NCBI GenBank assembly: GCA_964247055.1 | Contig: OZ176054.1 | Location: 6,138,001-6,202,000, forward strand | Direction of reading: 5' to 3' | DNA from: Paragordius varius | Lineage: Eukaryota; Animalia; Nematomorpha | DNA length: 64,000 nt | Shown: piece after piece, positions 51,725 through 64,000 of the stretch | How positions within the stretch are numbered: the stretch's first letter is position 1 | How the letters are laid out: each line of letters opens with the position of its first letter | Translations under genes and position numbers: made by a program | Notes under the pieces: generated by a model | Databases searched by the model: none | What the model was told of the DNA's origin: nothing | The model's input: only the letters and a program-made list of their open reading frames with translations

Positions 51725-52637
51725 AAGAAAACTAGCCCATTAAAGAAAAAAAATCATCTTAAAATTATTCTTTTAAACATTCATTCGCTTTTAATATGTA
51801 TTTTATGATATATCATATTTTTTGGAATGAAACATTTAGGTTTCAACAAAAAAAATATAATTTTAATAATGTGCGCAATTTTGCCATTTTTTGATAGAGA
51901 GCACTTAACACAAAAGTGTACACAACTTTTTTAAATCACTTGTAACGGCCAAAACCAAAAACACTATGATAGTATTGATACATTAAGATTACATATATTT
52001 AATCAAGTTATTTTTTGTGGACATTGTTTGATATTTAAATTTGAAGAAAAAAATGGCGGCGAAAAATTATGATATTTTACAATTTTACATTTTTAAAAAA
52101 TTGTATAATGCGCCTAAAGGGCTAAAGGCATGTTTTTAAATTCGGACTAATACTTTAAATACTTTTAGGATATCCAAATCACAAACCGCTCTGGGATATA
52201 AAACCACCTCAAAATGTCATGGAGTGTTAAAAGCAAAAAAGCCTTTAAATTAAAATTCTGAGATGATAGAGATGTTAAACATAATCGAATTACATAGAAT
52301 AGAGTTGTTATATTAACGTCTGCACGACTCAAATTATTTATCGTTCTTCCTCCTATTCTTTCTCATAATTGGATTGGTAAATAAGGCCATGATCAAACTA
52401 ATTAAGATATGGAACAACAAAACTGTATAGACCAAAACAAGGTAATTGTTTCGTTCATCCGGTTATTACATATTGGTGTGAGAGCTCGACTCTTAAAAAT
52501 AGGCAAGAAAAATTTTATGTGTTTTGAAACGAGCTGTTGTCCTGGTATTCTTTGATATACATGGAAAGACATTAATAATGACGCTATATACACGAGTAAA
52601 CATTTTGGTCATGTTATGGGGTTTGATTCCCTAAAGG

Positions 52638-53009
52638 CAAAGGCGTACCGAGGGGGGCAAGGGGGTGCAAGGGGGTGCATCATGCCCCAGGCGCCGTTAT
52701 TTAGGGGCGCCTGAATGATTTTTTAAATCATTATTGTTCGCCATTATGATAAGATCAATTCAATATATGCAACAAAAACATTATTTTTATATATAATTTC
52801 CATATTATAGAATTTATTAGAATATTTATGTATTTAAAAATGAATAAATTTAGTATCATATAATTATATATGACTGTGCTTCTCTATGGTGTTTAGGTTA
52901 CAACGTTTGTATTTTTTTTCTAAATTGTTTTATTGGCTTTTTTTAAAAAAAAGGGGGGCGCCATAAAAGTTTTATGCCCCGGTCGCCGCAAATGCTCGGT
53001 ACGCCACTG
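52638..53009. mobile_element. hAT MITE (372 bp) with perfect 8-bp TSD
   Basis: TIR caaaggcgtaccgag / ctcggtacgccactg; TSD cctaaagg at 52630-52637 and 53010-53017. Confidence 0.9.
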
Positions 53010-53556
53010 CCTAAAGGAGAACATGTTTTTGGAAATGGCAAAGAAACCGAGGCCGACTAAAGACGTGATATGAACGATTTGAATATATCGATGGATAAAA
53101 ATACAAATTGACATTGCACACTATATTTAAAAAGTCGATTTCTCTTAAAAAAAACAACCCAACCATCCCTAAAACTCCCATTTTAAAAAATTGTCATTTA
53201 TATAAATTTTATAAATTTATTTATTTTTTAAGAAAAAAACATTTTTGAAAGAATATTAAACTAACAATACTTCAAAGTTCTTTCGATATAGACATGAACG
53301 CGTGAAGGTTTGACTATATTAACATTACCACCACAAATTACATATTTTAATAAGTATCCCACATAAGTCGCATGTAGTCCAGCATTCACGTGGGTTGTAT
53401 TAACTGAAATTCGGATATTCTATTATTTTTATATATTATATAACTATGATTTAATTGACTTAGGAAAAGTTATAACCGAAATTTCTAGCATTGGGAGTAG
53501 AGATCTAAGTTTTTTATAAAATTTATATTAACATTTATATCTGACGTTAAAATAAA

Positions 53557-53587
<31 letters not shown>

Positions 53588-54115
53588 AATATATTATTCT
53601 GAAATAATAATTTGAATTCTAAAATTTATTAAATTGAACTATCTCCAATTATGGCAGTATCTTTTTCAATGGATATATGATAAGTACCGTGTATTTATTG
53701 CGATATTATTAACTAATTTTCAATAAATTATTGGCTTTAATTGGTAAACAGTGATAATGCCCTGAGATTGTCTACCACTTAAGTTAGAGTCTTTAAATGA
53801 TATCTTAAAACTTATCATTAAACTTGATCGTTTTAATTATCTTTTTAGCAGAAAAGAGGCAGCCTGCCAAATTTAAATATCACTTATAGCCAATATAAGC
53901 CTTAATTTTGTTCATGATGGCAATAAAACCATTTTTGATTGCGTTTTCCTATTCTAAATAAAAACTATTGCAATAAAATTAAAGGAAACAAGCGATGAGG
54001 AAAAAATGACATTCCGCAAATATGACTTATTGGTTAACGGTAATAATATGTAAACATGTATATTTAATCATATTTATAAAAATTTTAATTTTTGTATTTT
54101 GATAGGTTTAAATAC

Positions 54116-54217
54116 CTGATGGTATGCGACTGTTAAATTTAACTCCGATTCTTCCAAACTCTGCTTGTTAATTAATTTTAGGGTACAATAATTGGTTCGA
54201 GCGAGGGAGATGTTGAA
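54116..54217 (-). CDS. Candidate internal exon of an unannotated gene
   Basis: taatag|FNISLARTNYCTLKLINKQSLEESELNLTVAYHQ|gtattt, 102 nt, phase 0-0, stop-free. Nearby same-strand open blocks at 54681-54983 and about 53270-53412. Confidence 0.35.
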
Positions 54218-55078
54218 CTATTACACATATAAGTATATATTATTAAACGCATAAAAATGTCAAAACATTATGGGCTCGTACAAAATGTGTTAGCAGGATA
54301 GATTAGTCAAGTTTTAAAGTCTTTTTTTTTCATCTTAAATTAAAATTGAATTAGTTATTTGGATATCGCCTAAAATCCCTAATTTATGACGCAATATTGG
54401 ATTTTTTTAAAAAAGGACGTGGCATTTCTGTTTGTTGAACTTTACAGTAACAAACACCGTTATAGACCACATCTATATTTTAAATTGCTAAAAGTGTAAA
54501 TAATTTGAGTCAGAAGCGATATCTGTATTTTTTTTGTTTGATATATTTGTGAAAAATATGGAGAAAAAATACAGTGTTAATTAAATACACAACTAAGAAA
54601 GTGAAAATTCTCATACATGGCAACAGACATGTTAGTCCTTTAGCCATTTAAAAAATAGATATGGACAAAAATAGTGCTTGTTACACTATATATGGTTTGG
54701 ATTTAAGTAAAAACAATACAAGACATACTGGTTCAATGTACGAAATAATGTATGGATGATTATAGAAATGTTCCAATTGGGTTGTATCAAAAACCGTAAT
54801 CTTTATTGCTTCACCAAAAATAGTTGATCCTATGTGCAGTTCGTGATTGACATATCTCAATTCCGAAACAGTCATCTCATTGGAATAAAATGATTTTTGC
54901 ACATCGACATAAAGATTTCTTAATGAAAATTTATAATGCACATATATTTTGCAGAGTAGCCAAAAATTTTGGAACTTTGGCAAACGAAAATGATGACAAT
55001 GTTAATGAAGAACAAAGTAAAATTTTAAAAAATGAGACGATGTTTGTAATAAAAGTATAACCCATATTATAAGGGTCG

Positions 55079-56996
55079 CAGTGGCGGAACTATAAATTGT
55101 CGGCCCTCCCGCAAGATAAATACTGCCCCCCTCTCCTTCCCCAAAAAAATCGTTTGCAGTTATCTTTTCACCTGGCGCATCACTTAGATTCGTAAAGAAA
55201 TATTATATTTAAAAATGATAATATTTCCATGACTTGGCATCCTGAGTCTAAAAGTTTTGCGTTTCTGGTATTTTTATATATGATGGTTAGTATACACCCT
55301 CTCACCTTAACCACCGCCAATTCCTTTATCTCAAGGTCCATTTTTAAAGTTTAAAATAATTAAATAATTTATTAAGAGCATGTATTAATCAGAAAATCAT
55401 GTTTTAAAATTTCGTTTTCTCGATTGGGGGCAAAATTTCTAATTATATCTTTTTTATCCATTCCGCCATCTCCGCTTCAATTGCTAGTAACGACAAATTG
55501 CTCAACCTTTTTTTATCGTGCTTCCAATGAAATTTTTGATTACTTTAAACTTTGAGAATGAATGTTCCTCTGTAGCAACCGTAGCTGGTAAAGCCAAAAA
55601 CAATAATAATGCTGTTATAACTTCATCACAACTGGCTGTGGGGTACTTAATAATTAATAGCTCTGCAAATTGCCTGGCATTGTTAATTTGAGCTATCTCA
55701 TCTTTAAACGAATTCAAAACTGAATCGGAATATAATCGTTTGGATAATTAATTATTATATTTTTTGCTGTATTGATAATTTCCACTTCACACATTTAGTT
55801 AACTTTGATGGGAGCAGAAATGAAAACATATCCGCTATAACTATAAAAAGTTACAATATCTAAAATTTATTTAAAACAATCATTCTAAACTTATCATCTA
55901 AATTAGAAAATTTATGGTCATCGGCAAGTTCATCATTAAGTGTTTTAATAATTTTATGTCTCTTATCACTAAAAACAGGTTTAATGTACCATTTTATTGC
56001 CATTTCCATGAGTCACTTCTGTATGTTAATAAATTTATATTTAAACTTATGAGCTCTGTTTTTACTTTTATAAGGTCTATATCATTTGATTGTAATGTTG
56101 TAGAGACTTTATGTACAACATTTTTTACAAAATTATTGTTATTTCTCATATTTTACTGTAATATGAATTGGCCAACAATATGTGGCCTGCATTAAATAGC
56201 ATATTGCATAATAATCAAAATAAGTAAATTGAGATTACTTGTTAGAGAATATTGTTATAATGAATATATTTCTTTTTTCCCTCCTTTTTTTGTTCACTTT
56301 TAAAACTGCCAGAAATTAATAACGGAACAAACAATAGCATTATGACTAAAACTTAATGGATAGTGAAAAAAATGCATTTTAGCTCTTTCCTTAATAATAT
56401 TAAAATTTACATGAACCCATTTCCTCATAAAAATTAAAATATGTAAATTGTTTTTCACACTACATTAAAAAACAAAAATATATTTTTACGCTTATTTGTA
56501 ATTATTTCAATTTAACAGAAGTAAAAAAAATCTGTAAAATTTTGTGAAATCTTATAAAACTATAATTTTTAATAACAAAATAATTTAGGCCTTAAAATTT
56601 ATAAGCTTCTCTTAATTCTTGGTGTCAACTATCTATACTCATTTATTTATTTCCTAACTATTTTAACTTTTTACGGTATTAACTGGAGAGAATTTAAAGG
56701 CGTTTATTAATTATAAACTTATAATAAAACCGATTATTGAGATAATGATAAAAAAGCATTTTTTCGCTTTTTCTTCCTTTTAATCAATAATAATTCTCTT
56801 TATTCTTTGCCAGTATACTTACAATCAGGCAATCATTATTTACATATCTGTAAATAGAAAAAGATAATAAATTTTAGGCCCGCCCCCCGCAAAATAGAAA
56901 AGACGCCCAAATTTAATATAAATAATAAAAAAGGGCCCCTGTTTTGCCTTGAGCCCCCCGCACTGCTCCCTCTAGCTCCCAGTAGTTTCGCCACTG
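55079..56996 (-). mobile_element. Internally deleted hAT transposon, copy 2 (1918 bp)
   Basis: Termini cagtggcggaactata ... tagtttcgccactg; perfect 8-bp TSD aagggtcg (55071-55078 / 56997-57004); hATC remnant LLLFLALPATVATEEHSFSKFKVIKNF at 55502-55717. Confidence 0.92.
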
Positions 56997-59900
56997 AAGG
57001 GTCGGAGAACCATATATAGTTTAAAAAATAAGGTTAAAATACTGATAATGCTTTGTGAAAAATGGTAGATTTTAAGTTTTTATAATGTCAAAAAATGGAA
57101 CTTTTGTTTTAACCTTTGTATTGTGTTACCTTACAAAACACCATTGTAAACCTATCGGCCACATAATGTTGTAATAACCGGATACTCGAATCAATCGGCA
57201 CATTTTTCGTTCATTGATATAATTGTCTGTGGTGTAAAAGATGCATAGAATAATCGATAAATTATTTTAATTTAATAATGCATTCAAACCTCTTTTGTCG
57301 AAATACTAACGATGATCATAAAAAAAATTAATGCGAAAAAAACTTTCGGCAAAAATTTTTTATTTATGTTGTATAAAATATCAAAAAACTCGGATGGACT
57401 ATAAAAGAAATAAGAAGAGATAATTAGCAAAGAAAGTCCACATAAAAAGAGGTTGACTCAATTATCGTAAAAATAATATAAAAATTTTACCTATTCTATG
57501 GTACTTTTGACGAGTGTGCATATCTAAACAAGGGTTAATTGTTTAGAAATTATTTAAAATAAAAAATATAATTATATCTAACCATTCTGATTGCCACAAT
57601 GCTCTAAAACCAAAAATAATGCGATTTTCAAAGGTTTTCTTGGTCGCGCGTTTTGGGTTTTTATCAAGAAATTATTGAAATATTTGATCCCGATTGGCCA
57701 TAATTCTGTTTGGATGTAAAAACGATTATTTGTGCTTTTATTCTCCCCAATTTCCCGAATCTCAATGGGCGTTTTCCAAGCTTGGGTAATGCGAAACTGT
57801 TAAAATTGTTGTGAGCATATCAAATAATTTAAAAGAGATAAGTGTACGTTAAAAACTACCCCAAATTATTGATGTAATTTTATAAAATTTTCAATTTTAT
57901 TTAAAAATTTTGTTTTCCTACTATCAATCTAAAAAATATATATACATTAGCTTTTCGTGTTTGTTGATCTATCAGACTATCGTAAAAATTTCTCATAGAA
58001 ACGCAAATCTGTTTCTGAGATATTGATTGCGAGAATAGGAATTCCGTGTAATTATGCGTTCCACATAATTCTTGAATGTCATATTTTTCTCCAAACACTT
58101 CAATAAATATCTATTAAATAAATAAATCAATCCTTAACGTTGCAAGTTTTATTTAACCTAAATTATCGCAGCGTTAATATTGACATAATAGCAAACATAA
58201 TAAAATTTAATATATTTAATTTGACAAAAATATTTCAAATATAGTTTCCCACCGGAAAAAATTACAATAATATAAACGGATCTAGATCCAATCCATAAAA
58301 TGTTATGTTAAATATTAAATTATTAACTTATTTATGTTTTAAAAATTTTCTCATAATATAATGAGATAGTAGAGCTAATATTGATGTATGATTGGTCAAT
58401 CATGGTTAGATAATTTAAATTGACGGATTATTGAAAAGTGTTCAAGATTCAGTAATTATTAGTAAATCTTTATTGAACACAATCGTTACAAAGTTCTGCC
58501 AATATCAATATTTTATTAATTTTTTATTTTTACACTTCACTATATAATATTATAAATGACTTAAGAAACTTAAAGCTATGCGGTAAAATTATATTTGAGA
58601 AAAATATATTTTTAAATAAATAAAATAGCTAGACTCTATCCTGCGTCGCTGTGACTCAGTCGACACCGTCATTAGTGAATTGATAATATATTTTTTGTGC
58701 AATAAATAAAACTGTTTTTAATATCGTACAGGGTCGGGCTGTACCTAAGGGTTAATCAAACAAGTGCTTGACTAATATTTTTCATTTTATACAGATAGCA
58801 ACCAAAATTATTATTGATTATATATAATCATATAGTCCAAAAGTTGCCCCAAAGCCATCTTATATTTATATGGTGGTTAATTTCCCTTAGGATGAGGCCC
58901 TACTCAAGGGTTAATTTACAAAAGCCCTATAATCAAATATCTGCCTATATAGGGGAAATACCAACAACCATTATTGGTATTATAAGCCACCGATGCGATT
59001 CAGCGCTAGGATTTTAATTGAGGGCGCATTTTATAGATGGGAGCATTATTAGGTTAGCATGAGGTTATACTAGAAATGACTAAAACCCTATTCAATAAAG
59101 GTTTTAGATTCCCACTAACAAGCAGTATCTTACTCTATCGTACATACGTGCGCATGTAAAAATACCTGGATTAAAACAGATTTAAATAAAAAATTTTTTC
59201 TATTTTATTTATATATACGCCAAAGATAAACGCGTCTTTTATGAATTAGATCTAGGTTATACCACTCTCCCCGTAAAATTACGTTTTGGACAATAAACTA
59301 AGTCCTAATTTTTTCTTCATCTGGAAATATGAGAATATATGGATATGATCCTTGTCTTATAAAGGGAAAGATATATAATCGAGCCCGGTAAATTCAACCC
59401 AATAACAAATGCGCTATCTGATTTAACATCATTTATGGACTATATCACAGAAAAATATTTTCAATTTGATGTGAAAAATAACCTATTTTAATGAATAAAA
59501 TTATTAACAAATATTTTATTTACAACATAATTTTGATCCAATTCGGTGATAACTTTAAAAAAACTGAATCGCATAGGTAATCAAGTATACGTTAAATTTT
59601 TTACTTTTAAGTAAATCTAATTTCTAAAAGCATTTTGTATTATCTATAATTACCAAAACTATAGATTTATTTATAGTTTTATTTTTTAAATAACTATATC
59701 TTACTTCGATAGAATACACCTAATATACATGCATTGAGGACACATTAATTTTAACCAAAAAATTTATTCATAACAATAGCATTTAATTTAGGTACATTTT
59801 TAATTTATTTGTACATTTTTACGTTTAATTAAAAAAATTTATTTCATAATCTGTTAAGATTAAATAACAACAGTTAGGTGCAAACACCTTAGCTTTATTT

Positions 59901-60907
59901 ATAAAGTGTAGTCAATTCGGTTAAAGTACATCCAAGAGGTGTTTATAATAATAATATTATATAGATCAGGAAATTTTATTTATTTATAATTTATAAAACA
60001 ACTCTATCTCTCTGCGCTGTTATGCGCAGCTATAATTTAATCTTAAACAATGATTTGTAAATTGGGCTAATATAATATTTTGGCAATAAACTAGGATAAT
60101 AAACTGGTTAAATAATATTCTAACATTTCTCATTTATCTAAATTTTATTTAATGTGTGTAGGCATGATAAACAAATTTAAGCAATGCAAAAAAATTCTTA
60201 GCTCAAACATTTTGCCGCCACTATTTTCTTTTAGTTATTTTAAATCGCTATTGCAATAGGCATAAAATGTATATTATCGTTAAATGTAACTAATTAACTT
60301 AAAAAGCTCTAAGGCTACATTTTACCAGAATTTATTGTTATTTGCTGATTTAAAATATCAGCTGTTTGTTCCATTCGTGTCGTGGAGCTATTCAAATTTT
60401 GGACTCTAGAACAGGGGTGTTTAAGTCAAACATTTTGGCTGGCTGCTTTATTTTAGTTTTTATTTATCATAAGGCCAATTTTAAATGATGTATCTTCTAA
60501 ATAATCGTATATTTAAATTTCATGAATGTTTTTTATTTTTAGAGTAAAAGCGTTTTGGGCATCCCGGCGTTGGAAATTAGAAAACTATAAAATCTTTTTT
60601 ATCTACCAAGTTAAATATCTAACTTTTAACCCAAACAAAAATTCATTTACTCATTACTGGGGTAAAAGGCTAACCCAACATGTCAACACATAGAAACAGT
60701 AATGTAATTAAGCGTTAGTATTACTGTAAATTAAATGATACTTTTTACGATTAAGTTTAATTTATATATCACCAAGTAAAACTTACACTCTTACTGCCCA
60801 ACTTGTGAGGGAGTACGATATAAAATCCATGGCACTCATATAATAATCATGTTCTAAATATTTTTTTACTCAATATATTTTTTTATAAAAAAGAGATTTA
60901 GCGTTAA

Positions 60908-61414
60908 CACTTTGATTAAAATTGGATCTAAATACCCCAGACAACATTTTAAATAATATTGAAAAACTACTGAAAGAAACGGTTTCGATTTAAATTTATG
61001 CTTTTATTCTAATGAAAATTATATAAATAAGCTAAAATATCTAAATCAAATTTAGTTGTGGAAAAAACTTCCGTATCAAAATACTTGAGCGCCATTTTTA
61101 TTTTACAACATGCTAAATATTGTGACTTAATTCTAAGCCTAAAATTAGTTTACTTTTTAATTAAAAACACATTTAACGTTGACATGAAAAGAAAAAGTAA
61201 GCTAAATATCATCTTGAGGTTTTATCTCTGAATAAGTAATATCAAGTATTTGAATATTTTTTTTTATTATATTTCGGTTTATTAATGTTATATAAGTAAC
61301 TTTTGCGATGGTTCCAATTTCTTCCATTTTTTAAATTTAATTTTAAACAAGAATGGGGTATCTCACTACCCGAATATGAATCGAAGGACTGAAAGATTGT
61401 GTTGTATCCAAATG
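60908..61414. mobile_element. TTAA-type MITE, copy C
   Basis: ttaa|cacttt ... ccaaatg|ttaa; colinear with 50233-50791. Confidence 0.75.
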
Positions 61415-61986
61415 TTAAATTAAATTTTTTATGTGCGCCCGCCGGATTTTTTTGGATAAAATGCATTTCCTAAAACTTTTTTTCTGAATACCCCCTATTT
61501 ATATAATTATTTAAAATTATAGTCGAAAAATACCCACATTGAATTTTTATTTTACCTCCGATTTGAACTTTGTCCACAAAATTTGAAAATCCATCAGAAC
61601 ATTTTCTGTAATCACATATTTTATAGTGTCATTATCGACTGTTTCAATATATAATGGAACATTCCATATAATGTTTCCTGCTTCTTTATAAAAACTATAA
61701 TAGTTGTTGGATAATGTGTTTTTCCTTTAAAATAGATAGAATATAAATATGTAAAATACCATGTTTTTATAGTTAAATCTTTGACTAAAAAGGGCCTCGA
61801 AATATTTATAGAGCAGATATCTAAAATTTACGCGCATATATATATACTAATATCTGAATATATAATTCTTACTAATAAAATTAAAATTAAAAACATTATT
61901 TAACTGCAATTAAATGTTTAGTGTTATCAAAGTTCAATAAAATAAAAAATCTCAGCACATTTAATTTTTAAACACGCATACATACA

Positions 61987-62851
61987 ATGGACGCAAACAA
62001 ACCTCAACTTACTGCGTACGCATATTCATCCGGTTCAGACAACGAATATCAAAGCGATGAGGAAACAGAAACTATCAAAAGTAAAAGTGAATCTAGTGAT
62101 GATGTTGAAAAACAGAACAGCCAAAACGATGAAGATAGTAAAATTGAGGATAATATGGATTATGAAAATGATGATTCTAGCTTCAAAAATATATCTGGTA
62201 AAATAATTAATTATAATTATTTAGATTCAGAAAATGGAGATGATTTACTTACTGAATTAGTTGATGCCACTAGTGAAATTATGACTGAACCTGATAAAAA
62301 CGAAATAAATTCCGGACCATTTATATTTTGGGATAATGCAGGTCCAGTATGGTCACTCGCCTCTTCTCTTAAAAAATTAGCAAAGGAAAATGCTTTTTCT
62401 TTGGAAGGTATTAATTATATTTTAAGTATTTTAAGAGAAGAATATATTAACTAAATTACCCAAAACTAAAAGGTTATGTTCAGATGTATTGCAAGAAAAG
62501 TTTCGACATTTATACGATTTAAAACAAAAGGAACATTCAAAGTATTTACTATTAAAACACTCTTAGTTTGATTGCCTACTATATTCATTTTTTTGCAGCG
62601 AACAACAAAAAGATTTTAATTCCATGATAACTGATAATAAAGCATTTCGCAATCCCAGCATTTATGAAAAACTCTTACAGTATTGTGACATTGACGATAG
62701 TGGTACAAATTGTCCACCCACCACTGATTTTATTGTTAATTCCAGTTATAATACTAACTTTGACAATGAATCAGCTTCGGAAGATCCTAATTCACCGACA
62801 TCCAGAAATTCTCAAATTAAAAAATTGGGTATTAATCATTTTTTGACATGA
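61987..62851 (+). CDS. SAP30BP: SAP30-binding protein (HCNGP family)
   Basis: Exons 61987-62197, 62225-62407, 62436-62541, 62599-62851 are phase-consistent. Acidic N-terminus (AYSSGSDNE), then LCSDVLQEKFRHLYDLK and the HCNGP core AFRNPSIYEKLLQYCDIDDSGTN. Confidence 0.88.
62198..62224 (+). other. Candidate 27-nt in-frame intron (SAP30BP)
   Basis: gtaaaataattaattataattatttag; intron-like composition but stop-free and 3n. Confidence 0.65.
62408..62435 (+). other. 28-nt spliceosomal intron (SAP30BP)
   Basis: gtattaattatattttaagtattttaag; non-3n; needed to reach LPKTKRLCSDVLQEK. Confidence 0.85.
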
Positions 62852-64000
62852 AAAGTTATGTTTTTTTTAAATAAAAGTGTGAAATCTAAATTTGGCATAT
62901 TTTATTCTTTATATAATGCTTTTATATAAAAATGTCTTGAAACTGTTTTATATTATTAGTTTAACCCAATATTAAGCCTTGAATACGTTTGAATGATCCG
63001 AAAAATATCTAAAGTTGAATATTAACGGAATTTTTTTACCATTTTTTATATCATATTTTTAAAATCGTGTTTTTAAGGGTTTGATGTTTTGCTCTTTATG
63101 TAACGTATGTGTTTCATGAATTAATAAAATATATTTTTCGTATAATATGGATATAAAGGGAAGAGTGTCAATAGTTAATTGCAAAATCTCTCTATCTATA
63201 TGTACTATTTCTTTATTAATAATGTCCTTTCATTTTCTTGTTTACTGTAATTACATATTTACCCAACTCACCCTTAAACATATTTAATATGGTTAATTCT
63301 TAGTTTGAGCTAATACAATTTATATGTTAGTTAAAGGTGTTTTGCTTTTCCAGATTTTAAAAAATAAAAAGTATTTTTTTATTCAAGTGGGTTGTTTTGA
63401 TGAAAAATATGAACCTTAATGGAAAAATAATATAAAATTTTGTGTGCTAGGCCTTAAGCTTAATTTTGAATGTTTTAGTAATGTTTAAGGGTGAATTTAT
63501 GGTATTTTTAAAAAGCGCATGGCATAATTAATTGTGATTAATTTGATAGGTTATGGAATATATAATACCAAACGCTCTACCGGTAAAAGGTTATGGGGTA
63601 ATGCCAGTTTTTACGAAGAACTAGCCAAAACTCAAAAGACCGAAATGGAAAAATGGGAAAAAGACAGGTTAAATAGTTTATATATATAAGGATAATTTGG
63701 TCATTTTTTAATGCGTTAGTGACGACTGTGACCAATTATAAATATAACCAGTTAAAAACTTTTAAAAATATGTATAGATTACGTGGTTCAAAGAGTTTGT
63801 TGAAATTTAACGAATTCTATATGCTATTTAAACCAATTTAAACATTAAACTTTATTATGTTTGGTATACATACAACATATATTTTGCATTAGCATTAATG
63901 ATTGATTATAACCAGAATATGTGCATTCATAATGATTTGTTGTAGTTTTTTAATCGGATAAACCAACCCTTTTAATTGTATTTTATTTTAGAAAATTTTT

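Noticed and set aside
57130-57350. Weak resemblance to a piggyBac transposase segment on the minus strand (FTPQTIISMNE)
   Set aside because: The catalytic Asp is not present and similarity is too low to support by eye.
58622-58680. Possible Helitron 3' end on the minus strand (...gcaggatagagtCTAG)
   Set aside because: The hairpin is imperfect, the base after CTAG is not T, and no 5' end was found.

Overview
Very AT-rich, intron-containing animal DNA (DEP-containing PIKfyve, fascin, tandem-domain receptor-type PTP); the species cannot be named from sequence alone. Spliced gene models that keep the reading frame: PIKFYVE (+, 5' part outside the window), TAMM41 (-), UCHL5 (+, head-to-head with TAMM41, ATGs 82 bp apart), fascin (+), a receptor-type PTP with two apparently dead domains (+) and SAP30BP (+). 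There is also an orphan ORF, at least one unidentified Asn-rich multi-exon gene (-), and many transposon remnants (RTE, Penelope-like, mariner, hAT, Helitron, TTAA- and TA-type MITEs), often nested. The main finding is a set of ten GT-AG micro-introns of 21-29 nt in TAMM41, UCHL5 and SAP30BP. Seven are forced by frame or an in-frame stop; the shortest forced one is 22 nt. They have degenerate donors and frequent AAG acceptors, and coexist with a 6.4 kb intron in the same gene and a 4.6 kb exon in the neighbour. The 6.4 kb intron holds a TSD-flanked, 5'-inverted (twin-priming-like) RTE retrotransposon, which itself contains a Penelope-like element with inverted pLTRs carrying hammerhead ribozyme cores. 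All coordinates were counted by hand and no database searches were run.
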